From: Candidatus Giovannonibacteria bacterium RIFCSPLOWO2_02_FULL_45_28
GTDB taxonomy: Bacteria; Patescibacteriota; Minisyncoccia; UBA11713; 2-01-FULL-45-33
Direction of reading: 5' to 3'
Assembly: GCA_001780725.1 (NCBI GenBank)
Contig: MFIM01000005.1
Location: 2,127 to 66,126, forward strand
DNA length: 64,000 nucleotides
The translations under genes and the position numbers were made by a program. Position 1 is the stretch's first letter. Each line of letters opens with the position of its first letter. The notes beneath the pieces were generated by a model. The model had not been told where the DNA came from. It saw only the letters and a program-made list of their open reading frames with translations, and made no database searches. This document shows positions 36,400 to 46,163 of the stretch, piece by piece.

Positions 36400-38174
36400 A
36401 GATGCAAGCCGTTATTATTTATCACCTCTTTCAGGTCGCGCAGGGCGGACAAATCCCACTCCGGATTTTGGTTTTCATCCCAAACGACATGGTTAACATT
36501 ATATTTCTTAAGCAGCGGCATTATGCCGTACCCTTCTTTCAATATCTTCTCGTACTCCGAAGCCAGACTAGCTATCAGCGCCTCTCTTTGGCGCAGAATC
36601 TCCGGATCATTATGGCCATGCTTATACATGTAAGTATAAAAATCAAAACCGGATGAGGCGCCCTCCAAAAGAAGATAGACATTCTCGGGATTTGGAAAAC
36701 GATTTAGATCAGCCATTGCGTTTTTAATATACGAAGAGAAATTATCCCTGCCATTTTTGTCCAAAAACATATACACATACAGGGCGTCTTTGTATCGTTG
36801 CGGGAGCGTATTATATGCGCGGGCAGCCGTGCTATTCCAAAATACGTCATGATCGGTATAGGCGGTGTATAAATAAGAATTTTCATCGTCGTCAGCCGCC
36901 AAAACAACTCCCGGCAATTGGTCGTTATTTAACCTGTCTAAAACAATCCCATATTTTTGTTCTGCTAATTTTCCCGGCGCCGACATTAAAGAAACTTTGT
37001 ACGGCCCAACAAACGCATTAGCGTGTATCAACGGTATCAAAAAAATGAACAGCCACTTTCTCTGCCAACCGGCGCCCATTAAAGACCAAACCAAATAAAG
37101 GCCCAAAATTATGAATACGGGAGTCAAAAAGTAAGCATAAAAATGAGGCGGATAAATAATTATCCCAGTAAACATCTGATGGTTTAGCGTGACCCAGCCG
37201 GCCAAAATTAACCCTAGAAATATTTCCAGATTCTTGTCGTTGCGTCTCAAAAAATACAGTACCGCAAATAAAATCAGCGACGCAAAGCCTATTTTACTAA
37301 AAATCGGCGCGTGGCTGTTGACGTTCCATATAAAATGAGACAGCCGCTTTCCTTCTTCCGAAGCGGCAAAAAACGCCATGTTAAATAAATTATAAGAGCC
37401 GATGAGCGCGCCCACGCAGGAAATCATCAATATCTTTTTGGCGTTAACGAAATTCTTTTTAAAAAGATATATCAGCAAAAGACACGCGTTTAAAGCCATG
37501 GCGGACGACCAAGCAAAAAAATAAATGTAAAACAAAAATCCAAAAGCGGTTCCTGCCAGCCAAGTAAAACGCTTTTTGCCCGACGAGTACAACGCCTTCA
37601 GAAGTAAATTGAGATATAGAAAGAAAAACAGCGAGCCGAGGTAAGGAGAAAAAGCCCTGCCATAAATTACAGACTCCGGAGCAAATAACCCTTTGCGGAA
37701 AACAATGGAGGAGCCCCCGATAACAAACATGGAAGCGGCGACCGACAACAGCTTCTCGCCAGACAGCTGTAAAACAAAAAAGTAAATTAATAAACTTAAT
37801 ATGAAAATTCCGACAAAATTGTGTACAGCATAAATAGCAACAATATCGGATTTTCCGGACAAACCCAACCATCTCAAGGGTTTTAACAAGATATATTCTA
37901 TATACGAAAATTGCATCTCTTGGCCTTCTTTGCCCTCTCTCAAAACAGCATTGCCCAAAGAATGTCCCTCCAATATTTCGTGGCCGCGCGTTAGATAAAA
38001 TTTTTCATCGCGGCCAAAATCGGCGCTATTTATGCCGCGGTAAGCGTCACCTGCCAAAAAAGGAAACAAAAGTAACGGCGCCAAAACTATGAGCGCCATT
38101 AAAAACCCGTTGATAATAATCCATTTGTGCGATTTAACGGAATCAAACATCTTTATTTTATTTCTACGCGCCAC
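36387..38174 (-). CDS. polytopic membrane protein, paralog of 33635..35389 (GT-C-like architecture)
   Basis: 595 aa; see the paralog alignment above. Confidence 0.4.
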   Translation of the reverse strand: MARRNKIKMFDSVKSHKWIIINGFLMALIVLAPLLLFPFLAGDAYRGINSADFGRDEKFYLTRGHEILEGHSLGNAVLREGKEGQEMQFSYIEYILLKPLRWLGLSGKSDIVAIYAVHNFVGIFILSLLIYFFVLQLSGEKLLSVAASMFVIGGSSIVFRKGLFAPESVIYGRAFSPYLGSLFFFLYLNLLLKALYSSGKKRFTWLAGTAFGFLFYIYFFAWSSAMALNACLLLIYLFKKNFVNAKKILMISCVGALIGSYNLFNMAFFAASEEGKRLSHFIWNVNSHAPIFSKIGFASLILFAVLYFLRRNDKNLEIFLGLILAGWVTLNHQMFTGIIIYPPHFYAYFLTPVFIILGLYLVWSLMGAGWQRKWLFIFLIPLIHANAFVGPYKVSLMSAPGKLAEQKYGIVLDRLNNDQLPGVVLAADDDENSYLYTAYTDHDVFWNSTAARAYNTLPQRYKDALYVYMFLDKNGRDNFSSYIKNAMADLNRFPNPENVYLLLEGASSGFDFYTYMYKHGHNDPEILRQREALIASLASEYEKILKEGYGIMPLLKKYNVNHVVWDENQNPEWDLSALRDLKEVINNNGLHLYRL

Positions 38175-38542
38175 TCGTCTTCCTTGGTTGGTTTACGCAA
38201 CTCGTCGACTGTATTGAATTTGTGATCAATATAAAAAATTAAAATCGTTGGCTCCAACGATTTATATCCATGCCACACACCCGGCGGTATAACAAGGGTT
38301 TTGCGGGTGTATTCGGATACAATAAATTTTTCCTCTGGCCGGCCGTCTTCATATAAAAGCCGAACCAAAATACTTCCCTTTGCAACAGCAAAATAGTCGG
38401 TTTGGGATTTGTGCATATGAAGCCCGCAAATCACGCCTGCGTTCATGTGCGCAAAGTTAAAATCTCCCGGCAAGCCCGGCACGATGTCGTAAAAACCGCG
38501 CCTTCTTGCGTCCTCGTTGAACCGATGATCATGCCATTGCAT
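38153..38542 (-). CDS. RmlC-like cupin (dTDP-sugar epimerase/isomerase family)
   Basis: 129 aa with GLHMHKSQTDYFAVAKG...PPGVWHGY. Confidence 0.45.
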   Translation of the reverse strand: MQWHDHRFNEDARRRGFYDIVPGLPGDFNFAHMNAGVICGLHMHKSQTDYFAVAKGSILVRLLYEDGRPEEKFIVSEYTRKTLVIPPGVWHGYKSLEPTILIFYIDHKFNTVDELRKPTKEDEWRVEIK

Positions 38543-38560
38543 AAATATACTATATACTCA

Positions 38561-39502
38561 TTAAACTAGCTCGGCAATCAAAATAATAGTGCCGGGTCTT
38601 TTAAGCAAAATTGATATAAAGAACACAACGGCAAGCAACGGCGAAAATAACACGATAAGGAAAACAGATAAAATGCCTAATAAAATTAATTTCGTCCCGC
38701 CCTCTTCCGCCCTGCGGTTTGCAACTAAGCTATAAAGGGCGTTTTTGGGCATAAAGAAATTTAAAAACGTTTGCGCTAGAGACGGAATGCTGTACCCGGG
38801 ATTAAAATAGTCAATAGAAACAACCCTGAAACCGGCCCTACGAAGCATCATGCTTAAGGATTCCGGAGTAAAATGCACGCGATGATACGGCCAGTCGTAA
38901 CAAAACCACCGAGAACGCGCGATGGCAGCCTCGATGCTATCGCCGTTGGGAATAGCTATCAGAACTTTCGCGTTTTTTGCCAAGTATTTCTTGCACGCTT
39001 CAAAATCGCGAAGCGGCTGGTTTGTGTGTTCCAAGCTATGCCAGAACGTTATAAGGCCGTACTTCTTGTCCGGTATTGCGCCGTAAACAGGAAGATTGTT
39101 TTTTTGCGCAAGAAATACTGCCGAAGGAGAAGGATCAAACCCGTCCACGCAAAATCCGCGCTTTCTTAAATAGGAAACCATTTTCCCGCCGCCACAACCG
39201 TAATCCAAAATCCAGCTATTTTTGGAAATAAGCTTTTTAATTTTTAACGCATAAAGAAACGGGAATATCAGAAATATTTTCCCGATCGCCGAACCCAAAA
39301 ACGCCGGCGCTGCGCGTTCCGCAAAATAAGTTTCTTCATATTTAGGGTACGAGGTCTCGGCATTAAAATATCCTCCGCAATTTTGGCAGTGAAAAAAATG
39401 CTCCAAGTGCTTCGCCGGAAAATACTTTTCTGCTCTATCGCCGCACATGGAACACGTCATGGCCGTATTTCTTTTAAATAATCTGCCAGCGCTTCTTGCC
39501 AC
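38561..39502 (-). CDS. class I SAM methyltransferase with N-terminal Zn-ribbon and C-terminal TM helix
   Basis: CSMCGD...CQNCGG ribbon, ILDYGCGGGKMVSYL motif I and a C-terminal hydrophobic LILLGILSVFLIVLFSPLLAVVFFISILL. Confidence 0.55.
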   Translation of the reverse strand: MARSAGRLFKRNTAMTCSMCGDRAEKYFPAKHLEHFFHCQNCGGYFNAETSYPKYEETYFAERAAPAFLGSAIGKIFLIFPFLYALKIKKLISKNSWILDYGCGGGKMVSYLRKRGFCVDGFDPSPSAVFLAQKNNLPVYGAIPDKKYGLITFWHSLEHTNQPLRDFEACKKYLAKNAKVLIAIPNGDSIEAAIARSRWFCYDWPYHRVHFTPESLSMMLRRAGFRVVSIDYFNPGYSIPSLAQTFLNFFMPKNALYSLVANRRAEEGGTKLILLGILSVFLIVLFSPLLAVVFFISILLKRPGTIILIAELV

Positions 39503-40323
39503 GGGCGCATTGGGGCCAAACCCAGCTCCATAAGCCTTTTATTTTCCAGCGCTACGAATTTTGGGCGGAGAACCTTGCTGCCGCTCTTCCGGGTAGATTG
39601 CGGCATGATTTTTGCCGATAAGCCGGCTAAAGAAAAAATTTCTTTCGCAAACTCGTAGCGGCTGCAGACGCTGGCGTTAGTAATGTGATATATGCCGGAA
39701 GGCGCGTTTTTTTCTTCGAGCAATTCCTTGATTTTTAAAGCCAGGTCGCCGGCGTAAGTGGGCTTTCCGTATTGGTCGTCAACCATGTTTATTTCTTCTC
39801 TGTTTTGCGCGGCCTGCAACATTTTTTTTACAAAATTATGGCTGCCGGCATCACTGCTTGTGCCAAAAAGCCAGCTGGTGCGAATTATAATGCTGGATGG
39901 GCAGGCCGCTTGAACCAGCTGTTCGCCAGCAAATTTAGATGCTCCGTATGCATTTATTGGCCGCGCAGGATCGGTCTCGCTGTAAAATTCCAGTTCACCG
40001 TCAAAAACGTAATCAGTGCTTATGTGGACAAAACGCGCACCTATAGAATCGGCGCTTTTTGCTAAATAAAACGGTCCCGAAGCGTTTACGGCAAAAGCCG
40101 CCTTGATATTTTCTTCAGCAAGCTCTACTTGATTATATGCGGCGCAATTGATAATAATCTGCGGGGCGTGCGCCGCTATCGTTTTGGCGACTTCCGCGCG
40201 GTCTGTTATGTCCAACTCGCTCTTGCCTAAAGGTAAAACTTTATAGCCGAAAGATAAAAACAGCTTCGTTATAGAAAATCCAAGCTGGCCGTTAGCGCCC
40301 GTGATAAGCAAGGAAATCGGCAT
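39457..40323 (-). CDS. rmlD: dTDP-4-dehydrorhamnose reductase
   Basis: MPISLLITGANGQLGFS...LDITD...YGASK. The internal ATG at 40323 gives the canonical RmlD N-terminus and avoids overlap with rmlB. Confidence 0.7.
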   Translation of the reverse strand: MPISLLITGANGQLGFSITKLFLSFGYKVLPLGKSELDITDRAEVAKTIAAHAPQIIINCAAYNQVELAEENIKAAFAVNASGPFYLAKSADSIGARFVHISTDYVFDGELEFYSETDPARPINAYGASKFAGEQLVQAACPSSIIIRTSWLFGTSSDAGSHNFVKKMLQAAQNREEINMVDDQYGKPTYAGDLALKIKELLEEKNAPSGIYHITNASVCSRYEFAKEIFSLAGLSAKIMPQSTRKSGSKVLRPKFVALENKRLMELGLAPMRPWQEALADYLKEIRP

Positions 40324-40333
40324 ATTCTGTGTT

Positions 40334-41383
40334 TTAATAATAATCTGCTTTTTCCTGCCGACGATAGTGTTCAATGAATAATTTATCGCGTTTTATTTTT
40401 CCCCACCAATTTTTATTTTCTAAGTACCACTGGACCGTGCTTTTTAAAGCGCTGTCAAAATCGTGTTCCAAAGACCACCCGAGCTCGCGAGAAGATTTTG
40501 CCGTATCCGGCGCGTAGCGCAAATCCGCTCCGGGCCGGTCATTGGTATGCGATTTATAATGGTCAAGAGGATGAGGCAAATTTAAAGCCGAGCGCACGGA
40601 TTCCAAAACTTGCAAATTGGTTCTTGGCACGCCACCAATATTATAGATATTATAATCTTTGCCGCGATGTATGGCCAAATCAATGCCATTGCAAAAATCA
40701 AATACGTAAATCCAATGCCGAACGTGTGCGCCAGATCCGTGGATGGGTATCTTTTCCCCGTCCAAAAAATTAGATATGGCCAAAGGGATAAGTTTTTCCG
40801 GATATTGATACGGCCCGAAATTGTTTGAGCCGCGGACAATCAAAGCAGGAAGCTTGTGGCTCCGCATATAAGATTTTATAATCACGTCTGCGCCAGCTTT
40901 TGAAGCGGCATAAGGGTTGGATGGATTAAGAGCCGCTTCCTCCGCAGAATATCCCTCCGGCACATCGCCATAAACCTCATCGGTAGATATCTGTACAAAT
41001 CTCGGAATTTTATATCTCCGGCATTCTTCAGTAAGAGCGTGCGTTCCCATAATATTCGTATGAATAAAATCGTACGACGCATATAAAGATCGGTCCACAT
41101 GGGACTCCGCAGCAAAATTAACCACAATATCCAGCTTTTCATTAATAAATATCTGTTCCAAAAGATTCTTATCGCCAATATCTCCGTGAATAAAACTGTA
41201 ACGGCTGCTGCTTTCCGCAACGCCGAGCTCTCGCCGTTCAATATCCGCCAAATTATCTCGGTTGCCGGAGTAAGTCAAAAGATCCAGATTAATTAATTTG
41301 TAATCAGGATATTTATTGTAAAGATAACGGACAAAATTGGAGCCGATAAATCCGCAGCCGCCGCATACCAGTATCGTTTTCAT
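40334..41383 (-). CDS. rmlB: dTDP-glucose 4,6-dehydratase
   Basis: MKTILVCGGCGFIGSNFVRYL...ISTDEVYGD...YAASKAG...PYQYPEKLIP, canonical RmlB. The ORF-track N-terminal 38 aa extension was rejected. Confidence 0.8.
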   Translation of the reverse strand: MKTILVCGGCGFIGSNFVRYLYNKYPDYKLINLDLLTYSGNRDNLADIERRELGVAESSSRYSFIHGDIGDKNLLEQIFINEKLDIVVNFAAESHVDRSLYASYDFIHTNIMGTHALTEECRRYKIPRFVQISTDEVYGDVPEGYSAEEAALNPSNPYAASKAGADVIIKSYMRSHKLPALIVRGSNNFGPYQYPEKLIPLAISNFLDGEKIPIHGSGAHVRHWIYVFDFCNGIDLAIHRGKDYNIYNIGGVPRTNLQVLESVRSALNLPHPLDHYKSHTNDRPGADLRYAPDTAKSSRELGWSLEHDFDSALKSTVQWYLENKNWWGKIKRDKLFIEHYRRQEKADYY

Positions 41384-41388
41384 GTCAA

Positions 41389-42630
41389 CTAATTTAACAC
41401 GGATTCGCGGATAATGTTTCCTGTCGGTAAAATAAATGCGCCTCCGCCGCGCAGAAAATCTTTTTCTTTCTCTAAAATTACCGGCAGGTAATTCCAAGCC
41501 AAGAGAAAATAGTATTGAGGCGCATGCTCCAGAGCGAAACTTCTTGCTACCACAGGCAACCTTGCGCCGGGCGTATAAAGTCCTTGTTTGGATGGCAAAT
41601 CATCCAAAGCAAAATCCAATAAATCCGTGCCGATGTTGTAATAGTTAAGCACAGTGTTGCCTTTTGCCGGCGCCCCGTAAGCGGCCAGACGTTTTTGTTG
41701 ATTTTTTAGACGTTTAAGCGTGTTCACAACATCATTCTTGGTTTGAGAAATTTTTTTGCATAAAACCCTATAAGCGTCCGGGTTATTGAGGCCCAGCGCA
41801 ATTTCTTTGTCGGCGCACTGCTCAACACCGCTTCCCAGAGAATGCGCGCCCTTGTGCCCGACAAAAACCCTGATAGATTGGCCTTGCGCCTGAACTATTT
41901 TTACGTCAAATATTTCCAAACCAAACTTAGCAAAAAGATATTTCAGCGGCCTTACTGACAAATAAGACAAATGTTCGTGATAAATTGTATCAAAAGCCAA
42001 GTTTTCAAACATATCCGCCAAATAAGGCGCCTCAAAAACAAAAACTCCGTCAGGCGATAAAAGAGTTTTTACCCCGGCGCAAAGATCGTCGTAATCATTA
42101 ATGTGAGCTACAACATTATTGCCCAAAATCGCTTTGGCCTTGCCGTGTTTTTGGACGATGTCTTCCGCCAGCGCCGAGCTGAAAAAATCGGCCACTGTCG
42201 GTACGCCGCGAGTTTGGGCAATCATAGCAATATTTTTAGCCGGATCTACGCCCAAGACGCGGAATTTTTTCTCTTTGAAAAATTGCAATAAAATCCCGTC
42301 GTTGCTGCCCATCTCCACAACAAAATCACCCGGCGTTTTCAAAAATTTGTTTATGACGTCTTCCGCATATTTTTTAAAGTGATCCGAAAGCCTTGGCATA
42401 CCGGAAGAAAAATATATATAATCCGAAAAAAGCAGTTCTTTGCTGACAACATGGACAAGCTGGGCAAGATTGCAATTTGCGCACAAATAAACAACCAAAG
42501 GAAAGCGTTGCTCGGGATTATCAAGCTCGTCAGCGCGCAAAAAAGCGTTGGCAAGAGGCTGTTTGCCCAAATCTATTACCGGCAAAAGATTATTGCTTTT
42601 ACAAATTCTGCAGTTTGAATTTACAGTCAT
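41389..42630 (-). CDS. NDP-hexose C-methyltransferase (TylCIII/TcaB9-like: Zn-binding N-domain + Methyltransf + C-methyltransferase C-domain)
   Basis: 413 aa with a CRICKS...CANC zinc motif, a central VVEMGSNDG SAM motif and a C-terminal domain typical of sugar 3-C-methyltransferases. Confidence 0.55.
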   Translation of the reverse strand: MTVNSNCRICKSNNLLPVIDLGKQPLANAFLRADELDNPEQRFPLVVYLCANCNLAQLVHVVSKELLFSDYIYFSSGMPRLSDHFKKYAEDVINKFLKTPGDFVVEMGSNDGILLQFFKEKKFRVLGVDPAKNIAMIAQTRGVPTVADFFSSALAEDIVQKHGKAKAILGNNVVAHINDYDDLCAGVKTLLSPDGVFVFEAPYLADMFENLAFDTIYHEHLSYLSVRPLKYLFAKFGLEIFDVKIVQAQGQSIRVFVGHKGAHSLGSGVEQCADKEIALGLNNPDAYRVLCKKISQTKNDVVNTLKRLKNQQKRLAAYGAPAKGNTVLNYYNIGTDLLDFALDDLPSKQGLYTPGARLPVVARSFALEHAPQYYFLLAWNYLPVILEKEKDFLRGGGAFILPTGNIIRESVLN

Positions 42631-43363
42631 AATTTTTTTTCCGCCCTATTTTTTCTAATAACATTTTAACCCAAAAAACCAAAATAAAAACCAGCAATTT
42701 TACGCCCCACTTGGCTACGTCGCTGAATTTTCCGGTGACGGCCGATTTGCCGGTCCTTTTCCGAAAAGCAACTGGTATTTCAACAAACGGAATGTTGCGC
42801 GAAGCAACATGCAAAGTAATTTCCGTAACAAAATGAGAGTCTCCTTTTATCCATTTCGGCTCTAAATTTTTAATCACCTCGCGCCTTAATAATTTGTAAG
42901 TGCATCCGACGTCCGTCAACGTATCTGTCCAAAACAGATATTCAATAAGCTTGGCCTCCAAAACATCAGCGATCCTGCGCAAATAAAACATTCCCGTTCC
43001 GGGGTCGATTAGGCTGGTGTTTGTGCGCGTCCCCAAAACAACAGGGAATTCGTCGCCGTAAGAAAGAAATTTATAAACATCTGCCGGATTAAAAGTGCCA
43101 TCACCCTCACAAAGTATCACATAATCGCCCGCGGCCTCGCGCATGCCTTTTTGAAGCGCGTGACCATGGCCTTGTTTTTTTTCAAAAACAAGCCGCGCTC
43201 TTGTTTTCCGCACCTCTTCTATGCTCCCGGGTTCCGCGTTATTGTCCACGACAACCACTTCGTCCACAACTCCGGTTTTAAAAAAACCATCAATCGTTTC
43301 GCGAATTGAATCTTTCTCATTGTAACTTGTCAGCACCACAGAAACTTTTTTGTTATGCCACAT
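42599..43363 (-). CDS. GT2 glycosyltransferase, Dpm1/polyprenyl-phosphate sugar synthase-like, single C-terminal TM
   Basis: KVSVVLTSYNE...DNNAEPGS...CEGDG (DxD region). The ORF-track start is TTG; the ATG at 43363 was chosen. Confidence 0.6.
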   Translation of the reverse strand: MWHNKKVSVVLTSYNEKDSIRETIDGFFKTGVVDEVVVVDNNAEPGSIEEVRKTRARLVFEKKQGHGHALQKGMREAAGDYVILCEGDGTFNPADVYKFLSYGDEFPVVLGTRTNTSLIDPGTGMFYLRRIADVLEAKLIEYLFWTDTLTDVGCTYKLLRREVIKNLEPKWIKGDSHFVTEITLHVASRNIPFVEIPVAFRKRTGKSAVTGKFSDVAKWGVKLLVFILVFWVKMLLEKIGRKKNYDCKFKLQNL

Positions 43364-43364
43364 G

Positions 43365-44492
43365 CTAGCCGTCAACAATATTATTAACGGTGTCTATAAC
43401 ATAAGAAATCTCTTCTTGAGCAAGCTTTTGATAAAAAGGCAGAGTGATGGTTGAGGCGCCGATGTTCTCCGCTACAGGAAAATCTCCTTCTTTGTAGCCA
43501 TATTTTTCGCGGTAGTATCGCATAAGATGTATAGGCCGAAAATTAACCGCCACGCCGACACTTGCTTCCTGTAGCGCGTGTAGATATTCATCGCGCCTTA
43601 GAGAGTTGACAAAAATAGTATAGAGATGGCGGGCGTGTCTGGAATTTACCAAAACGGCCGGTTTAGAAATATATGGGTTCCCGCTGAAACCGTTGTCATA
43701 TATCCGCGCAATTGCTTCTTTTTTTGCTAAAAATCCGTCAAGATTGTCAATTTGGTGAACAAGCAAAGCCGCCAAAATATTGCTTAAGTTGCATTTAAAA
43801 CCCAAAAATTCCATATCATAATGCTTATAAAGCTTATTGTAGCGGTCTTCCGCGGATTTATCTAAACCATGGAGACGGGCTCTCATCAGCCAATCGTAAG
43901 TTTCTTGATCATTGCAAGTCAGTGCGCCACCCTCGCCACAGCTAAGATTTTTTGTTGCGTAAAAACTGTAGCAGGCAACGTCACCGAATTGACCAACACC
44001 GATGCCGTCCCTTTTCCCTTCAATGCAATGCGCGGCATCTTCAACAACCTTCAAATTATATTTATCAGCAATTGCCCTAATTTTTTTCATATCGCACATC
44101 TGCCCATAAAGATGAACTAAAATTATAGCTTTGGTTCTTGGAGTAATAGCGCTTTCAATTAAATTTGCGTTAATGTTGCCGATGGCTTTTTCAACATCAA
44201 CAAATACAGGTTTTGCTCCGACCGCCTCAACAGCGTTTGCGGTTGCAACAAAAGACATCGGCGTAGTAATAACCTCATCTCCCGGGCCAATGCCATATCT
44301 GCGCACCGCAAGCTCCAATGCATTCGTGCAAGAAGCAACCCCGACCGCATGCTTGTTGCCGGTATAAACGGCAAATTTTTTCTCAAACTCCTTGGTCCAA
44401 TCACCGCTGGTTAAAAATATAGAATCAAGAACGCGCCGCGCCTCGTCTTTATCCGCATTGCTTAAATTATGCTTGTAAAATTCTATTTTCAT
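43365..44492 (-). CDS. DegT/DnrJ/EryC1 aminotransferase (WecE-like)
   Basis: 375 aa with YSFYATKNLSCGEGGALTCN as the PLP-lysine region. Confidence 0.7.
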   Translation of the reverse strand: MKIEFYKHNLSNADKDEARRVLDSIFLTSGDWTKEFEKKFAVYTGNKHAVGVASCTNALELAVRRYGIGPGDEVITTPMSFVATANAVEAVGAKPVFVDVEKAIGNINANLIESAITPRTKAIILVHLYGQMCDMKKIRAIADKYNLKVVEDAAHCIEGKRDGIGVGQFGDVACYSFYATKNLSCGEGGALTCNDQETYDWLMRARLHGLDKSAEDRYNKLYKHYDMEFLGFKCNLSNILAALLVHQIDNLDGFLAKKEAIARIYDNGFSGNPYISKPAVLVNSRHARHLYTIFVNSLRRDEYLHALQEASVGVAVNFRPIHLMRYYREKYGYKEGDFPVAENIGASTITLPFYQKLAQEEISYVIDTVNNIVDG

Positions 44493-44495
44493 TTT

Positions 44496-45227
44496 TTAAA
44501 AATGCTTATGATAAACAAGTTCTACGTTTTGTGTAATAAAACCGTTTTTTTGGTAAAAAATGTTGGCTTGAAGATTCTCTCCTTCGGTAACAACAAAAAT
44601 ATTTTTGATATTTTTACTTTTAAAATACTCAATGCTTCTGCTTGCCAACACACCTCCCAAGCCAATGCCTTGATAATTTTCACCAACGCCTATTAAATCT
44701 ATATAACCAGCCGCCTCCTTGATTTTTAAAGTAATCAAACCAGCCAATCTGCCGCCTCTCATAACCATAAAACACTCATCGGCATATCCTTTTAGGCTGT
44801 TTTCAATCCAACGAACATACAATCGCTCAGCATAAATTTTAGGAATGGCGCTGTCGTGAAAGTAACGGCTGGTTGCGCCGATTATCCTGGCAAACCTTAA
44901 AATGTCCGGCTTGGAAATTTTTGGCTTATCCTTAGAATATTGTAAAACTTTAAATCTGTCATCCAGTTTTTGCGTGGAGCGCGCAGTATAACCGCTGCCT
45001 GCCAGCTTATAAGTATTTCTTATGCTCAAAAAATTAAACTTCAAATTCTCAAGCGCAAAGATATTCTTTGCAAGAAAATCCGAAAAACAAAAAACGCTGT
45101 CAACGCTATGCCGCTTGAGCAAGCTTGCTATTTTTTTTTCGCCGCCACTATCTCCTTTTAAATACAGTTTAAAAACGTTCCTATGCATTATATCCGAATC
45201 AAAATTGTCTTTATAAAAGTCAGCCAT
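44496..45227 (-). CDS. GNAT acyltransferase, WecD-like (NDP-aminosugar N-acetyltransferase candidate)
   Basis: 243 aa with a C-terminal GNAT core GVGENYQGIGLGGVLASRSIEYF. Immediately downstream of a DegT gene. Confidence 0.45.
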   Translation of the reverse strand: MADFYKDNFDSDIMHRNVFKLYLKGDSGGEKKIASLLKRHSVDSVFCFSDFLAKNIFALENLKFNFLSIRNTYKLAGSGYTARSTQKLDDRFKVLQYSKDKPKISKPDILRFARIIGATSRYFHDSAIPKIYAERLYVRWIENSLKGYADECFMVMRGGRLAGLITLKIKEAAGYIDLIGVGENYQGIGLGGVLASRSIEYFKSKNIKNIFVVTEGENLQANIFYQKNGFITQNVELVYHKHF

Positions 45228-46149
45228 GTAAATATTTTTTAATGATGTAAAGCGGCCTATTTTTGTCCTCTATGTAATTTCTGCCAACATACTCCCCGAT
45301 TACTCCTAGCATAATAGTTTGCATGCCGCCAATGACCAACACGGCGACTATCAAGGAGCTCCACCCCAAAACGGGCACGCCGTAAATAAATTTTTTATAA
45401 ATAATATAAATACCCGCCAAAAACGACAATACCATTAAAAACAAACCAACGCGAGTAATTAATTTAAGCGGGTAATTGGAAAAAGAAAAAATCGCGTCCA
45501 ACGCCAAAGACATGCGTTTTGATAAATTATATTTACCCTTTCCGCCATATCTTTCCCCGTGCTCAACTTCCGCTGCGGCATGTTTAAAACCAACCCATCC
45601 GACAACGCCAATAATATATCTATTTCTTTCCCTCAATAATTTTACATTATCAGCCACCTGCTTGGTCATTATGCGAAAAATCGTGCTGTTTATTACTATT
45701 GGCTCATTTATTAATTTTTTAATCGCAATGTTAAACGCTTTTGAAAGCCAATTTTGTATGTAACCGAATTTTTTGTTCATCCTTTCTGCATAAACAACAT
45801 CGTATCCGTCCGTCAGCTTGTTGTATAATTTAATAATTTCCTCCGGCTGATCCTGCAGGTCTCCGTCCATCATAACCACAAAATCTCCCTTAGCAACATC
45901 CGAGCCGGCGGTAAGGGCAATATGGTGGCCGAAGTTGCGGCTAAACTGAATAACTTGCAAATTTTTATCCAGTACATGCAGTTTTTCCAAGATGCGCGGC
46001 GACTCGTCAACGCTTCCATCGTCTATAAAAATGATTTCGTAGCTGAAGCCTGAAAAATCTGCGACCAAAACAAGCTTCAATCTTCTATAAAATTCTTCAA
46101 TTATATGCGCTTCATTATAAATAGGGATAACGAAAGATATTTTGGGCAT
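45220..46149 (-). CDS. GT2 polyprenyl-phosphate sugar transferase, ArnC/GtrB-like (two C-terminal TM helices)
   Basis: 309 aa with ISFVIPIYNE...IFIDDGS...MMDGDLQD (DXD) and the C-terminal hydrophobic pair LFLMVLSFLAGIYII / LIVAVLVIGGMQTIMLGVIG. Confidence 0.6.
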   Translation of the reverse strand: MPKISFVIPIYNEAHIIEEFYRRLKLVLVADFSGFSYEIIFIDDGSVDESPRILEKLHVLDKNLQVIQFSRNFGHHIALTAGSDVAKGDFVVMMDGDLQDQPEEIIKLYNKLTDGYDVVYAERMNKKFGYIQNWLSKAFNIAIKKLINEPIVINSTIFRIMTKQVADNVKLLRERNRYIIGVVGWVGFKHAAAEVEHGERYGGKGKYNLSKRMSLALDAIFSFSNYPLKLITRVGLFLMVLSFLAGIYIIYKKFIYGVPVLGWSSLIVAVLVIGGMQTIMLGVIGEYVGRNYIEDKNRPLYIIKKYLHG

Positions 46150-46163
46150 ATTTTAAAATGTGT

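Noticed and set aside
40334-41497. 38-aa Arg-rich N-terminal extension on RmlB and similar extensions on RmlD, GmhB and NeuB
   Set aside because: Canonical family N-termini begin at internal ATGs (MKTILVCGG, MPISLLITG, MGRNPK…RAVFLDRDG, MIKNKHNF) that also abut or slightly overlap upstream stops. The extensions are read-through of the upstream gene's 3' region.
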